The position numbers were made by a program, and so were the translations under genes. The notes beneath the pieces are model-generated. The model saw nothing but the letters and a program-made list of their open reading frames with translations. It made no database searches and was not told the DNA's origin. 64,000 nucleotides of DNA from Podarcis bocagei (lineage: Eukaryota). Shown in pieces: positions 42,900 to 55,776 of the stretch; the first letter of the stretch is position 1; every line of letters begins with the position of its first letter. The stretch is taken from the NCBI GenBank assembly GCA_964188305.1, contig OZ076885.1, one strand, 5' to 3'.

Positions 42900-43978
42900 T
42901 AGCTGGGGAGGAGGAAGACACCCTAAGCAACAGCTTATGCTGAGGGAGCATATGTCATGAGTCTCCATGAGTCTGATTCTTAATAAAACTGCTAGCTGCA
43001 AGTTTCCTGTCTGGCCTTGTCTCTCTCTGATCTTCGCGGAACTGTGCTACATGTCAGCGCTTCCCCGTGAGAGCTGAAATATAAAAATATAACCTGGGTT
43101 TTTCAAATAAAGATTTTAGGAATGTGTTGTAATTTATTTCAGGTTGGCTGAAACATTAATATAACCTGTTTTTGCTTATGGTAATTTGGCCCAATTTGGC
43201 CTGCAAGGCCATTTCCCTCCAACCCACACAACCACTGGTCACGAGTGTCGTCAGCTGATGGGTCAGAAGACAGGGTTTAATCCTGCATTTGGCCGTACAC
43301 CCTGTTCCCAGTAGGGAACAGGATCATACAGCCAAGGGAGCAGGCTTTAATCCCTACTCATTAGCTGATGGGTGGAGTTTAAAGCTCTTTCCAGAAATGC
43401 TGTTTGAAGGAGGTCACACTTCTTCTTTTTTTACTCCACTGGGGTCTTGGCAGCAGGATGAGGGAGAGGAGTCTCCCCCTCCACCCCACTGAGACAGCCT
43501 GCCCACAAGCTAAAAGGAGGAGCATTGCAAACACCGCTTTCCCAAAGTGTTGTAAGGCAGCCTCCAGTAATAAGCAGTACTTCATATGCACGTTGGCTGA
43601 TGGCAGGGTGATCCTGACTGGTCGGGATGCATGTGAGAACTCTCTGCAGGGAACTCTCACACACACACCTGAACCTGCTCAGGTAGGTTTTCTGCATGGC
43701 AGACAGCAAGGTCCTGCTAACAGGAAGATTTTTTCCTTTAAAATGAAGCGGGGGGGGAGGGGACTTTCCGTTAGCTACACCTTGCTACCTGCTGCTTTCA
43801 GGACTTCAAAACACCAGATCCCCTGATGTAATTTGTGACATTAGTTGATGGATAAGGATCTGGCCTGTGGAGCCAAAAAGGTTCCTCATCCATGTCCTAA
43901 TATTACAAATTATAAAAGATGCTGCACCCCAATTGGAAAGCAACAGAAACACAGAAAATGCATATCAAATAAAGCCAC

Positions 43979-44217
43979 TAGTCATACCTTGGATCCCGAA
44001 TGCCCTGGAACTCGGACGTTTTGGCTCCCAAACACCACAAACCCAGAAGTGATTGTTCCGATTTGCAAATGTTCTTTTGGAACCCGAATGTCCGATGGGG
44101 CTTCCGGGGCTTCTGAAGCTGCCTGCAGCCAATTTGGTTTTCGATTTGGTTTTCGAATGTTTTGGAAGTCGAATGGACTTCCGAAACGGATTCTGTTCAA
44201 CTTCCAAGATATGACTG
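43979..44217. mobile_element. Tigger/pogo-like MITE
   Basis: Ends AGTCATACCTTGG ... CCAAGATATGACTG followed by TA. Confidence 0.75.
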
Positions 44218-44279
44218 TATTTAATATGGAAATAATTACAATTTACATTAATAAAATTGTGCCTGCCTCATCTAGTTAA

Positions 44280-44471
<192 letters not shown>

Positions 44472-45003
44472 CTATTACCTATCTATCCACCACACATCCT
44501 TACCCTCTCCCATCCAGGAGCACTTTTCTTTCTGTTTGCAAAGCGGGCTCTGCTCTGCCTTTTCTCTCCCCTACCCCCTGTCCTTCCTGTTTCCACTTAA
44601 GATCCCAGATCCCATTTGGGGTGGGGGCAGCAGAGGGGGAAATGTTGAAATGAAACAGTTTATCATGCCCCTAAAAGATGACGGTTTACAAAATTATTTT
44701 CTGCAGAAAAAGAAGTTACATATCAGCAAACGTATTTTATTACAGAAAAAAGTATTTTTCTCCAAGATTGACGCATAAATAGAAAATGTTAAAAGTATTA
44801 CACAAAATGTATACGGTTTGTTTTTCTTCTTGCCATTCAGACATAGGAAATGGAGTTCCGTGTTGCGTTCCATCCTAAGATTCCCAAGCCCAGCGCCACT
44901 CCCCCCCCCACCTGTCTCTATTTCCTTATCACATTTATTTTAAGAGGCAGAGGCACACAAGTGCATGTATTGCTGGTTCACTTCTTTCATGAAAATATTT
45001 TAC

Positions 45004-45009
45004 AATAAA
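45004..45009 (+). terminator. Probable ACTN1 poly(A) signal (AATAAA)
   Basis: AATAAA about 530 nt after the stop, TGTA upstream, GT/T-rich tract downstream. Confidence 0.7.
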
Positions 45010-45701
45010 ACTTTTTGAAATTGCTGTGTTTTTTAGGGAAAAATAATGTACACAGCTCATGTTTTCATATTTAATTAAAATTGCAATATGCCTACTTTGT
45101 GTTGTTGCTGAAAGTTGTCTGGTTTCCAAACATGGCGCTTGAGAGTTGGCATCTTTGATATTGCTTGTCACAGACCATATTAAAAAGAAAACTTATTGTG
45201 ATAACAAATCTAGACTTCATTCTTTTGTCTAGTTAACTTGTTTCTCTATAACCAGAAAGGCTTTCCAACACTATTCAGAATGCATTGGTCGCTTGGAGGG
45301 TTTTCTGTATATTATTCTGATGTTCATGTTTTTACCTGTTTTCTTAAATGCAAGACACCAAAGTGCTTTCCCCTCCTCCACTCTGCTTTGGAATTGTATT
45401 GATGTTTACGTGGCTGGTATTACTTCTTCAAATGGAGATAATCTTAAGATAACGAAAGATAAACTTGGACCAAACATGAAGTATGCAAATTGCTGGAACT
45501 TGCAGCTTTTTTCCAGCAAAGAAATAATTAGCAGTCAATTTTCCTGTTTTAAAGAAGGTTTTTAAGTGACTGACAACAGTCTTATACATGTCTTACTCAG
45601 AAGTCCATGGAGTTCAATGGGACTGCCAGCTAAGTGGGTATAGGACTGCAGTCTTACAGCATGTTCCTACGCAAGTTTACTCAACGTTAAGCCACACTGT
45701 A

Positions 45702-45905
45702 CAGTCATACCTTGGGTTGCGAACGCTACTGTGCGTTTTCAGTTTGTGGACCGCTCCAAACCCAGAAGTACCGGAACGGGTTACTTCCGGGTTTCGGTGC
45801 TCGCGCATGTGCAGAAGCACCGAATCGCGTCATACGTGTGCGCATACGTGGCGCTGCAGGTTGCGAACGTGCCTCCCGCGTGAATCACAACCCGAGGCAT
45901 GACTG
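45702..45905. mobile_element. Tigger/pogo-like MITE, TA TSD, CpG-rich
   Basis: TA|CAGTCATACCTTGGGTTG ... CAACCCGAGGCATGACTG|TA. Confidence 0.85.
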
Positions 45906-48067
45906 TATTCACAACCTGAGGTATGAATGTATTTAGTGTGTCTTGCTCTTAGGTAAATGTGCATAGGATTGCAGCCTTAATTTTATAAATACACTCATCT
46001 TATTTGATGAGCCACTGCATTATTTCCAATCCTAGGCATTGGAAGATATGAAATCCACATCTTCCCCCACCCCCAATGTACAATTGGCTTTAAAGCAATT
46101 GTTTTCGAAACCAATAAATTTTGTGTGTTTAGTTTGTCTTGGGATGTTCTTCCAGCTTTTGTGTATGTTTTTGTTCTCGTATCCACATCTCTGTAGGTGT
46201 ATCAACATATTCTTAAACACAGGGGTGAGGGGGAAAGTGAAGCTTTGAAGGACGATGAATAGAAACCTGAAGATTTTACAAGCGGAAGTACCACAGGCGG
46301 CTACTGTGAAAAGCTGGCAGCACTGTGCTGAAGTGTCTGTTTAAAGACACACACTCTCTCTCATCTTTGTTAGGAACAAATGTTTTTCTCTATTGCCAGT
46401 TTTTCCCCAAAGGTATCTGAGCCTGTGTAAATGATCGGGATTCTTGCTGCAGTACTGTAATTTAATTGTTGTTCCAAGAACAAGATCCCTATTGAGCAAT
46501 AATCTGCAAATTCACACGGGACACCTATATTTGTCTGTGGTTATCCAAGTAGCACGAAGGCTGGTTAATAAGAACTTTGCTTCAGAGTACCCTCACTTTT
46601 AAATTTTGCTGTGATGGTATCAGTTTATTATTTAACTGGAAGGTCATTACAATATTGTATACAAATACAGCAGCAGCAATAAAATTAAAATATTTTGCTT
46701 CTAGCAGGACTTTTATGCATGTTTTAAAACATCTTTGAGAAATTAGCTTCTTGACAATTCACTACCTTTCTGCACATACCCACTTCAGCTGCTTTACTTT
46801 CATACTATATGTATCTCAGGTGAACAAAATGATTTCTACTCCGTTCTCTCATTGGCATTTGGTCTGCAGCCTTTAAGGTCGAATATAAATTTCCCCTAAG
46901 GCACAACACACATCTTTAGTAGTACTGGAGAATCTCTTATTCTCTGTAATCCTGAACCTTGCTGAAATTCCCTTTTCCACCCAGGTATGTATATGTGTAT
47001 ACAGTATACACCCACAGGTCTCAGGGCAGTTAAAGATGCAGAAACACTCCTCTTTTTCACCTGTCCATTATGAAATCTAAGCATCCCAAAGGCCCTTTGG
47101 AGGGAAATATATATTCAGTGCTGCAGCTCCAGTGGCACAATAGATGTGCGCAAAACAAAGCTTCCTCTTCCTCTCCTGCCCGCCACCCCGTGTTCATCTG
47201 GAGCAGATTGGGGATGGGGGAATGAGAGGGTACGGCAGTCCCTAAGGCTGAGGAAACTGGGAGTATCATCTGATAAACCTCAGCTGCAGAGAAAGGCTGG
47301 TGGATAAAAGGAGGAGTAGCCAGAACTGGTTTGAGGCCTATTAATGTGGGAGGGGCAGAAGCTGAGATGTTGCTGATAGGGCATTCTAGGAGCTATGGGA
47401 CAGGATGGGAGGTAGCAGCAGCTTGTGGTCCTGCTGGGTGACCAGGTAGCTGAATAGTACAGACCTGTCTGCTAGAACTAACAGTGGAAGAGCCAGAAGG
47501 ATGTTAGCTGAGCTGTTTCTACTGAGCATGGGGGTGGGCACTGTGGCATGCCATATGCTGCCATGCATTTTTACCCATCTTCTGAGAAGATGAGCGCAGG
47601 GATGCTAACATCCCACTACTATTTGAAAGGTGAGTTTGGTGAGACTCCATAGTTGTTGTTGTTATTAATTATCAGTCATAAAATTTATATGTCATCCTCC
47701 ACCCAAAGATCACAGGGATGTTTACAGTATAAAAATACAAAATACATATCATAATAACAAAAAATACATACACACACACACACGTTCTCCAAGCAGACAA
47801 ACTTGCAGGCCCAGAGCAGAGCCTAAGCTCTTCTCTACTCCCACCATCTTGCCCCTCAGGAGGCAGAGGACCCTGTTGCACCTTTGCTGACAGGTTGAAC
47901 GGGAGGCTGAGGATACAATATTTCCCACCATGTACAGGTAATCTTACTGGATTAGGCAGTATCAGTCAAAGGGGTCTCTTGGACGGAAGGGCAGCAGTAG
48001 CCACTATTAAACAGTGTCCCCAAGTATGTTGGTGTTACCAGTTGGGCAGAATTTTGCTAACCTCACT

Positions 48068-48420
48068 GGTGGTGCTGTGGTCTAAACCACTGAGCCTAGG
48101 GCTTGCTGATCGGAAGGTTGGCGGTTCAAATCCCCACGACAGGGTGAGCTCCTGTTTGCTCGGTCCCTGCTCCTGCCAACCTAGCAGTTCGAAAGCACGT
48201 CAAAGTGCAAGTAGATAAATAGGTACCCCTCCGGCAGGAAGGTAAACAGCATTTCCGTGCGCTGCTCTGGTTTCGCCAGAAGTGGCTTAGTCATCCTGGC
48301 CACATGACCAGGAAAAACTGCAGACAAATGTCAGCTCCCTCAGCCACTAAAGAAAGATGAGCGCCACAACCCCCGAGTCATTCGCGACTGGACTTAACTG
48401 TCAGGGGTCTTTTACCTTTT
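48068..48420 (+). mobile_element. Sauria SINE (near full length)
   Basis: tRNA-like head with GGTTCAAATCCC, core GCCAACCTAGCAGTTCGAAAGCAC...GTAGATAAATAGGTACC, tail GGGGTCTTTTACCTTT. Confidence 0.9.
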
Positions 48421-50399
48421 TATAAAACAATCAGTAAAGTTGGGGTGAAAATTTGGTAAACGGGGGGGGGGGGACGGGGGACGGACACACACACTGTCAG
48501 CTCCAGGTGCCTGGCTCTGCTTATGTAAACCAGCAATTTCTTTCCTCATTCCACACTATCCTGATCCACCAGATTCTATCTTTACAACCCATGATTTACC
48601 AGGAACCAATCATAGACCGGTATTTTGTAATTTAAATCCTGGCAGTGCTATAATGCCAGCATTTACATTTCTGAGTATAGATAGATGACTGCCAGTTACC
48701 CCAATGGGGCATAAATAAAGTGCTTGTCTGTCTGTCTGTCTGTATCTCTGAGGCCAGAGAACCGCACACATCCTCTCTTAAGATCCCAGCACATTGGTGC
48801 TCTCTGCTCACCTGTAGCCTGTCATTTGGTGGCATGGATGTAAAGAAGCAAGCTTCCCAGTAAGCCCTCAATATTATGACTAGGTGAAAATGTGTAACAG
48901 ATTTCTGTGGTATTTGTCATGTACACCGAGAAATGTTTGGAGTCCACCCAGTTCCACACCGGCTACTCTATCAGGGCAACAGCTCCCCAGGGTTTCAGAC
49001 AGGCACCTTCCCAGACCTGCCTGGAGATTGGGAACTTCGGCATAGCAAGCAGCACTGTGGTCATTCCCCAATGCCTACAAAAACAAGGCCACCTTTGTCA
49101 GTCACGGAGTACTTGGCTGCACACGTTGGTGAAAAGAAAAGGAGCCATTTGTATGCAGGGAATCAACAAGAGATTCTTATCATAGCCAATTCATATAAAC
49201 TTTGGCAAAGAAGAAGCCACTTAATTGTGGTTGTGCTATCACATGCTGCATTAGTACAGTCTGTGACTGGCAGGACCTATGTGGGCCAAGTGAATGTTAC
49301 ACCACACACCAGTTATTACATTTATTGTCCATTTGGCACAGTAGTGATATGAAAAGTCTCTGCCCATCCTCAGCTTACGCAATGGTTTGCAATGGGTTGG
49401 GGAAAAACAATATGGTGGGATCCTTTTATGGAGCAACCTGCTATGTATGTGGCAACCAGTTATGTTTTGGAAAGCCAAGGTTTAGGTTTATTTAATTTGT
49501 ATATTGCTCCCCACTAAAAAAAATCCCAAAGTGATTTACAGTAAAAAAAAATGCAATGAAGAAATTTTTAAAATGGTATTTAAAAACTGATGTAACAATA
49601 TCATACAATATCACTGACGTTGCCGAAATGCCTGGGAAAACAAAACTGTCTTTGCCTCGTGCCAAAACTGGGGAAACCATTCCTCAGAGGCCACGTACTT
49701 CAGAAAGATCTGAAGTAGTCTTGTTAAAACAAAGCAAAAAAATCTTCTGACCTATTTTGATAAGGAAATGCTGTGTTGCATATTTAGCTTTTAGTGATGT
49801 GGAAATGTTGAAAAGCTTGTGTGCCAACTGTGTTCATTAATATGTAATGAGGCACCCCACCCTGTAAACTTTCTTGCACAACATTTAGCTCAGATCAAAA
49901 TATCAGACAGGTGACAATTCTCGTGCATTTGCCTTCCTGCGCCACCCTCAAAGCATTAATGCAAAATAGAGAGAAAGGCATTTTATAATCATTTGAATGA
50001 AATTGCTTTGTTTTGATTTAGGCTCTTGGTCTGTGAGCATCTGCAAGGGGGGCAGTCACTCCCTCTTCTCTGGGATGAACCACAATCACTAGATTCCCAG
50101 CTTTTTTTCTTTTTTAAAAGGGTATAGTTATATAGAGCTATATAGAATCCCATCCCCCACCCCTTCCCCAAGAGCTAGGGGCAAGTAACAATTTATTTAT
50201 TAATCTGCCATGCCTCTGGTAATTATATAGCTACAGTATTATAAACAAAAGCCCTTTGTATCACTTCAGGAAGAAAACACAGCTCAGGCTTTCAGCAGGA
50301 AAGAATTCAAAGTAAGCATTTTTTTTTTTTTTTTATGGCTTGAAAGCACCCAACAGCAGCGAAGGATAAGGACCTTAGCTTGCATACGTAAACACTGCA

Positions 50400-51250
50400 C
50401 AAGGAGAGCCCGGCAGCTGCTCTGGATGAATTAGCCTGGCAGAGAAGCATGGTTTGTATCCACGCCCGCACTGACGTCCCGAAATGGCGCAATCGCCATT
50501 CGCGAGAGCCGATTGCCTAAGCTCTCTCACTCGGAAGGACAACACCTCCCGGCCTGCCTCTCTACCAACCCCCGCTCTCCACGAGGCCCCTTCGCAACGG
50601 CAGCTGCCTACAACTCCCAAGCGGGGCCGCGGACCCTCCATTCGCGTCCAGCAAAGGCGTTCAAACCGCGGCCTCTGGCGCGTTGCCTTCTGGGAGTCGC
50701 AGTCCGCAAGCCGGTTGGAGAGAAAGGGGGCTTTGCGCAGCCGCAGCCGCTTTCTCCGCGGCTCCTCCTCAGGGAAGTAGCGCCGCCATTTTCTCTGGCG
50801 GACTGAAGCGAGCGTCGCGTCCGCGCACGGGAGGTAAGCGAGTTTAGCTGGACGCTGGCACCGCCGGCGAGTGCGCGGTTTTCCTCACCCGGGAGAGGGG
50901 CCGAGCCGGAGCAGGGGCGGGTGGGAGAGCGAGGCGGCCCGTGGCGTCGGGGAATAAGAGCCAGCGGGCTCCGTTTTATCTGCTGTGGTAAACGGAGCGG
51001 AGCCAGGCTGCGAGGCCGAAGCTCCGCCTTGCCTGGGCCCCGCGCGGCGCCCGTTCCCTGCATTGGGTCCCGGGTGAGGACTCCCTCTCCCCACATCCCC
51101 CCCAGGCGCCCCCTCGTCTTCGTCTCCACATCTCTCGAGCATCTGCCGTTAACACTCTCGTTCTTTTCCCCTTCCCCTTTCCCTCCCTGCCTTCTGCCCC
51201 CGAACCGCTTTTGCATCCCTCCAGATCGGGCCTTGCAAGCGCATCTCAGC
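50400..51250 (+). promoter_or_regulatory. CpG-island promoter of the SRSF5-like gene
   Basis: Dense CpG; TGACGTC (50472), YY1-type AAATGGCG/CGCCATT (50482-50500), TCGCGAGA (50500), GCCGCCATTTT (50782-50792). Confidence 0.85.
50785..50833 (+). other. Non-coding exon 1 of the SRSF5-like gene (start approximate)
   Basis: GCCATTTT initiator/YY1 motif followed by a strong donor GAG|gtaagc. Confidence 0.7.
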
Positions 51251-51282
51251 AGCCGAACTTTTCATCCATTTCCACTCAAAAG
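51225..51282 (+). other. Candidate alternative 5'UTR exon of the SRSF5-like gene
   Basis: GTTAAC branch-like site, >80-nt AG-free pyrimidine tract, ccag| ... AAG|gtaatg; 58 nt, no ATG. Confidence 0.5.
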
Positions 51283-51882
51283 GTAATGATTGAGACGGGC
51301 GATGAAGGAGCAGATTTGTTTTTGTTTTTAACCCTCCTCACGATCTCTCTCTCTGGACATTTATATTTTTGTGTGCACGCGAAAATGTCTTTATTATTCC
51401 GCCCCCCGCCCCTGTTTTTTTTGGTAGGTATGTCATGAAAAGGAGGCTGAACGGCCTCTGATGCAGAAACATCATGAATCTTAAACTTGTTATCTGCTAA
51501 GGTGTTGCCTTATCTACTACCAGCTTCTTTTGGTGGAGTGTAGTGGCTTTTGAGTTACACAAGAGCTCAGTTTGAAGGGTTTCTATGCTCCAACACCAGT
51601 GGGAGTTGGCGCCAAGTGAGAGATGGTTTTAATTATTTATTTCTATGCAGTGGATGTTTGACTACGTTTTGAGAGTGTGCATTGGGTACATTTGTGATAA
51701 AACTATACTCTAAAGTTGTTTGCATCTATATTGGCGTGATATAGTGTTTTAAGAAATACGTTTTAAACACTGTCCTCAGTTGTCTCTTCTGTCCAACATC
51801 TGTGGGACTGAATTTTAGTATTGATATAATAAAATACCTAACGTGAACACAAAAACTTAATTTTTTTGCAGCTTAGGCTAAA

Positions 51883-52008
51883 ATGAGTGGCTGTCGTGTC
51901 TTCGTTGGACGTCTAAGTCCACATGCTCGGGAGCGAGATGTGGAGAAATTTTTCAAGGGATATGGCCGTATACGTGAAATCAATCTGAAAAACGGCTTTG
52001 GTTTTGTG
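51883..52008 (+). CDS. SRSF5: SRSF5-family splicing factor (srsf5a-type), first coding exon (MSGCRVFVGRLSPHARERDVEKFFKGYGRIREINLKNGFGFV)
   Basis: RRM1 RNP2/RNP1; 126 coding nt, GTG|gtagg; MSGCRVF start is characteristic of SRSF5. Confidence 0.92.
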
Positions 52009-55000
52009 GTAGGTATATGCGTATTTAAATATTTTCCTCCCAATCTAGATGACTGTAGGCAGTTACATTGTAACATACAAATCACAGGAAATCTGATTAG
52101 GCAAAATATCAGAAATGTTAAACTTCCATCTTCTCTTTAACCTTTTAGATCTTTCTGTAAATGGCTCTTAATATGTGCAAACTTCCTCTTTGAAATTGCT
52201 AATATGGTAAAATGGAAGGCTGCTTTTTAGGTAAGAATGAAATAAATTAGCTTTGCAATTAATCATAGCCGTAGGTTGTATATGCCATGGTTCCCTCACC
52301 TGAGCCTCTCCCTCCAACCCAACATTTCTCTCTGCTGCCATTACATTTTCCTTCCTCCCCCAAACTCGCAAGAAAAATAAAAATATGGAACTTAAACTTA
52401 AGGTAAATACTCAGGATGGTTGGTTAACGCTCAAAGTTTTAAGTCGGGGAGGGAAGGGGAAAACTGACAGCTTTCTTAATAGAGGTGAACTAGCCAGGTT
52501 TGTGTGGTTCTCTTTTTGTACTGGAATTCTCTGTTACATGTACAAAACGAGAGCATACTCTGAACACAAATTACTTACATCTTGAGGGATTCTTAGTATT
52601 CAGAAATTCCAGCAACCATTAGGTGATCCTTCTTTCAATGAGAAAGAAGCCAGCCAGTTCTGCTTAGGTGGGAAGCACAACAGGTTTGGTGGGACTCGTG
52701 TCGTCTTTCTGACCCATGCTATCAAGCAAGAGGAGAGAGGAACACAGAAGGAAAAGCAGCAGTCGTCTTTTCTGTATTTGCCTATCCAAGCAAACTCAGT
52801 GGGGCTGTGGGGACTTGCATTTTCTCTTCTCTTGCTAGGCAACTTGCCCCTTTGCATCTGCCTAGCTGGGGTAAAGGATACTTGGATTCTTTCTTCCTCT
52901 CTCTGAAATAGACAGATAGGGAACAAAAGTCCACCCAACTAGTGCACATCCTACCAAACAGAGGATGATAAAGTTCCATTTTGGGGGCAGCATGTGTGAC
53001 TTTATTCCCCCACTCAACAAGCAGGAGACAGGGAACCTAGCTTGCAGCTGTTTTTCCTATGCAGGAGGGGAGAGAAGTAGTTCCATGTGCCACCTCCAAA
53101 ATGATAGGTAAACTGAGCAGAAATCTAGTTATTTCCCCTTTTCTGCAAGGCAGGAAGTTGAATCCCACAGATGGGGTCTTCAGAGCTCATGAACAGTGTT
53201 AGAAACTGAGATGTGAAAGCTAGGAGTTAAATGGCACCTTAAGCCTAAGGTTATGGGCACCACAACAGAATGTCTAGGTAGGTGTTTTTTATACAAAGCT
53301 GGAAATTAATGAACTGCAGCAAAAAAATCATATATTCATTTTCCAGATGGTTTTATCCTCATCTGAAGACTGCAAAAAACAAAGCTATACTTCCTGCCCG
53401 CCCTCCTAATATTCTTATTTGGGTCACTCCAGTCTTCAGAGAGTGGCTGGAAGTGGGGAGACAGAAAAAGGTCTTCCTTTCTTTCCACTTTGCAGACAAG
53501 CCCTGGATTCTTCCTACACCCCCTTTCCTTCATATAAATAAATCTTTTTGGCTCCACAATTAGCACACATTACAGGCCTATACAACTGATGGCAGAGACA
53601 CCCACCTTGAGTGTCCAGTTCACAAACCTAAGACTTCATTGTCTTTCAATGATCCCACTCCAAAATTGGTTTCGATTTTAAGCATCACTGTGAGAGAGTG
53701 AGGTAGATAACACTTTAAAATGCACTACTTAAACCAAACCTATTTAAATCAATCTGAGGCTATAAAGTGCAAAACTGCCTTTCTGTAAGGCCAGCTGAGG
53801 TGGAACCTCTCAGCTTTTCTGTATTGATCTCTTGGAAGTCCAGCAGGGAGGATTTTCTCCTCCCATGCCCTCAGTGCCAGCAGCGGCAGTTTTAATCTTA
53901 AATATTAGGTTTAGCACTGCGCCCAGATCTCAGAAACTGCTCATACTAATGAAATTCCCTGTCGCAAAACGTGCCTAGAACAACGGGAGTTTTGAACGCT
54001 GCTTATGGAGGTTGCATACGTAGGCTGCGTTCACCCATCACAATAAGCAAGGGTTGATGGATTATAATGGTATACTGTGAATGTGCACTGTGCTGGTACC
54101 TGCAGCCTGATGTCTCCCACTTCACTTATCTCTTGACATGAGAGAGAGAGGGAAAACCAGGAAGCTGCAGTTGTTGTGACTTCAGATATGGGATCCTGAT
54201 TTGTTGTTCCCAAACAAGCCAGCATCACTGCAAGCCTTTATTGGCTTGCAGATCCTGACTTGTTTGGGAACTACAAACCAAGGTCTCTAGTTAGATATCA
54301 CAGAAAGCCAAGCCTATCTATAGCTTCATGGGTTACTTCTCCACTCACATCAGGAAAAGCAGTCAGGCTTAATGTACCACCAAATTTCTTGCTCACCATG
54401 AATCATAAGCAAATCTGGCTTCTTGTGGGAACACTGACATGGTTGTCTTGCCTGGAGGCAATATTTACTTGCCCCAGGTGAGTGGTCATTTTTCTTTTGA
54501 CTTACACCATCTCCATCACTAGATTTGCCCATATTTTCTTTTGACCATAAGTCTAAATCACAGCAGCAAACAGCAGAACTAATGCTTTATTCAACCTGCA
54601 TGCCATTATGCAGAATGCACAGTTCTCCAAAGCTTGCCAATTAACTTCAGGCATAGGTGGATGAAGTGGGAAGCATAGAAAAATATCAGGTGTTTTTGTA
54701 GTCCTAGACCACTCTGTTAGGCAGCTGTAGCATATTGTGTGAGGCTGTTTGGTCTGAAGACTGATAGGAATTCATCACTAAACCACTTCTCATCCTGTGT
54801 GATTTGACAGCATGACATGACAGCATAGGCGTGCATGCTGCTGGACACAGTCAACCTGTATCATGAGTCCATTCTCATAATAGCACATCATTTCACCTGT
54901 ATTTGGCAGATTCCTATATAATGAACTTGCATTGTACAATGGCATGAGATATTATAGTAGAGGCAAGCATTCTACTGTATTAGGTGTTGGTGGTCTTCTA

Positions 55001-55634
55001 TTTTATGTTTTATTGTTTTTCTTATTTAAAATATTTCTACCCTTCCCTATATTTAAATATTTCTTTTAGACTACAGAGCAGACACATGTAGGCTAGCTGA
55101 ACTAATGTTCCACAAATGCCTAAGCAAATAGATGTTTTAGAAATTTAATGGTTAAGTAGGTAAGTTTTAATTTGTTATTGAAATGAGTCAGTAGCTTCTA
55201 TACCTCAGGGGGGAGGGCATTCCTGACAAGACCCATTGCCATGTTGCCACAGAAAAGTATCTCCTGCCAGAGGAACACATAAAATGAACTCCACAGAACT
55301 TCAAGCATGGGCAGGCTGGTTTAGGGAGAGATGACCCTCCTTTAATTAGTTTCCAAGTTAGGGTTTACAATTATTGTTAACTTTCTCACATATTCAGTAC
55401 TCTTGTGCTGATATATACAAGTTGGGTCCAATACATCTTTAGAACCACCTGAGCATGTATAGCCTAGTCCACTTATTGAGACCATCTGGAAGAGCATTGT
55501 TAATTGTCCTCGGTGTTACAGAGTCATGACTGTAATAAGCTGGAAAAAGGAATGGAAAAAATCACCTATTAGGGCAATAAGATTTCACTCTTAAAGAACT
55601 GAATACATGATTCATTCCTTCTTTTCCTTCTTAG

Positions 55635-55705
55635 GAATTTGAGGATCACAGAGATGCAGATGATGCTGTTTATGAACTGAATGGTAAAGAACTGTGTAAT
55701 GAAAG
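55635..55705 (+). CDS. SRSF5: SRSF5-like coding exon (EFEDHRDADDAVYELNGKELCNER)
   Basis: tag|GAA...AAG|gtaat, 71 nt. Confidence 0.94.
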
Positions 55706-55720
55706 GTAATCTTTAATTAT

Positions 55721-55776
55721 CGTAGAATTGTAGGGTTGGAAGGGACCCTGAGGGCCATCTAGTCCAACCCCTGCAA
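55721..55776 (-). mobile_element. CR1/SINE 3' tail fragment
   Basis: Reverse complement of GGGGTTGGACTAGATGGCCCTCAGGGTCCCTTCCAACCCTACAATTCTA. Confidence 0.7.

Noticed and set aside
50375-51286. 202-aa and other ORFs in the CpG island
   Set aside because: Stop-poor GC-rich promoter sequence, no recognisable domain
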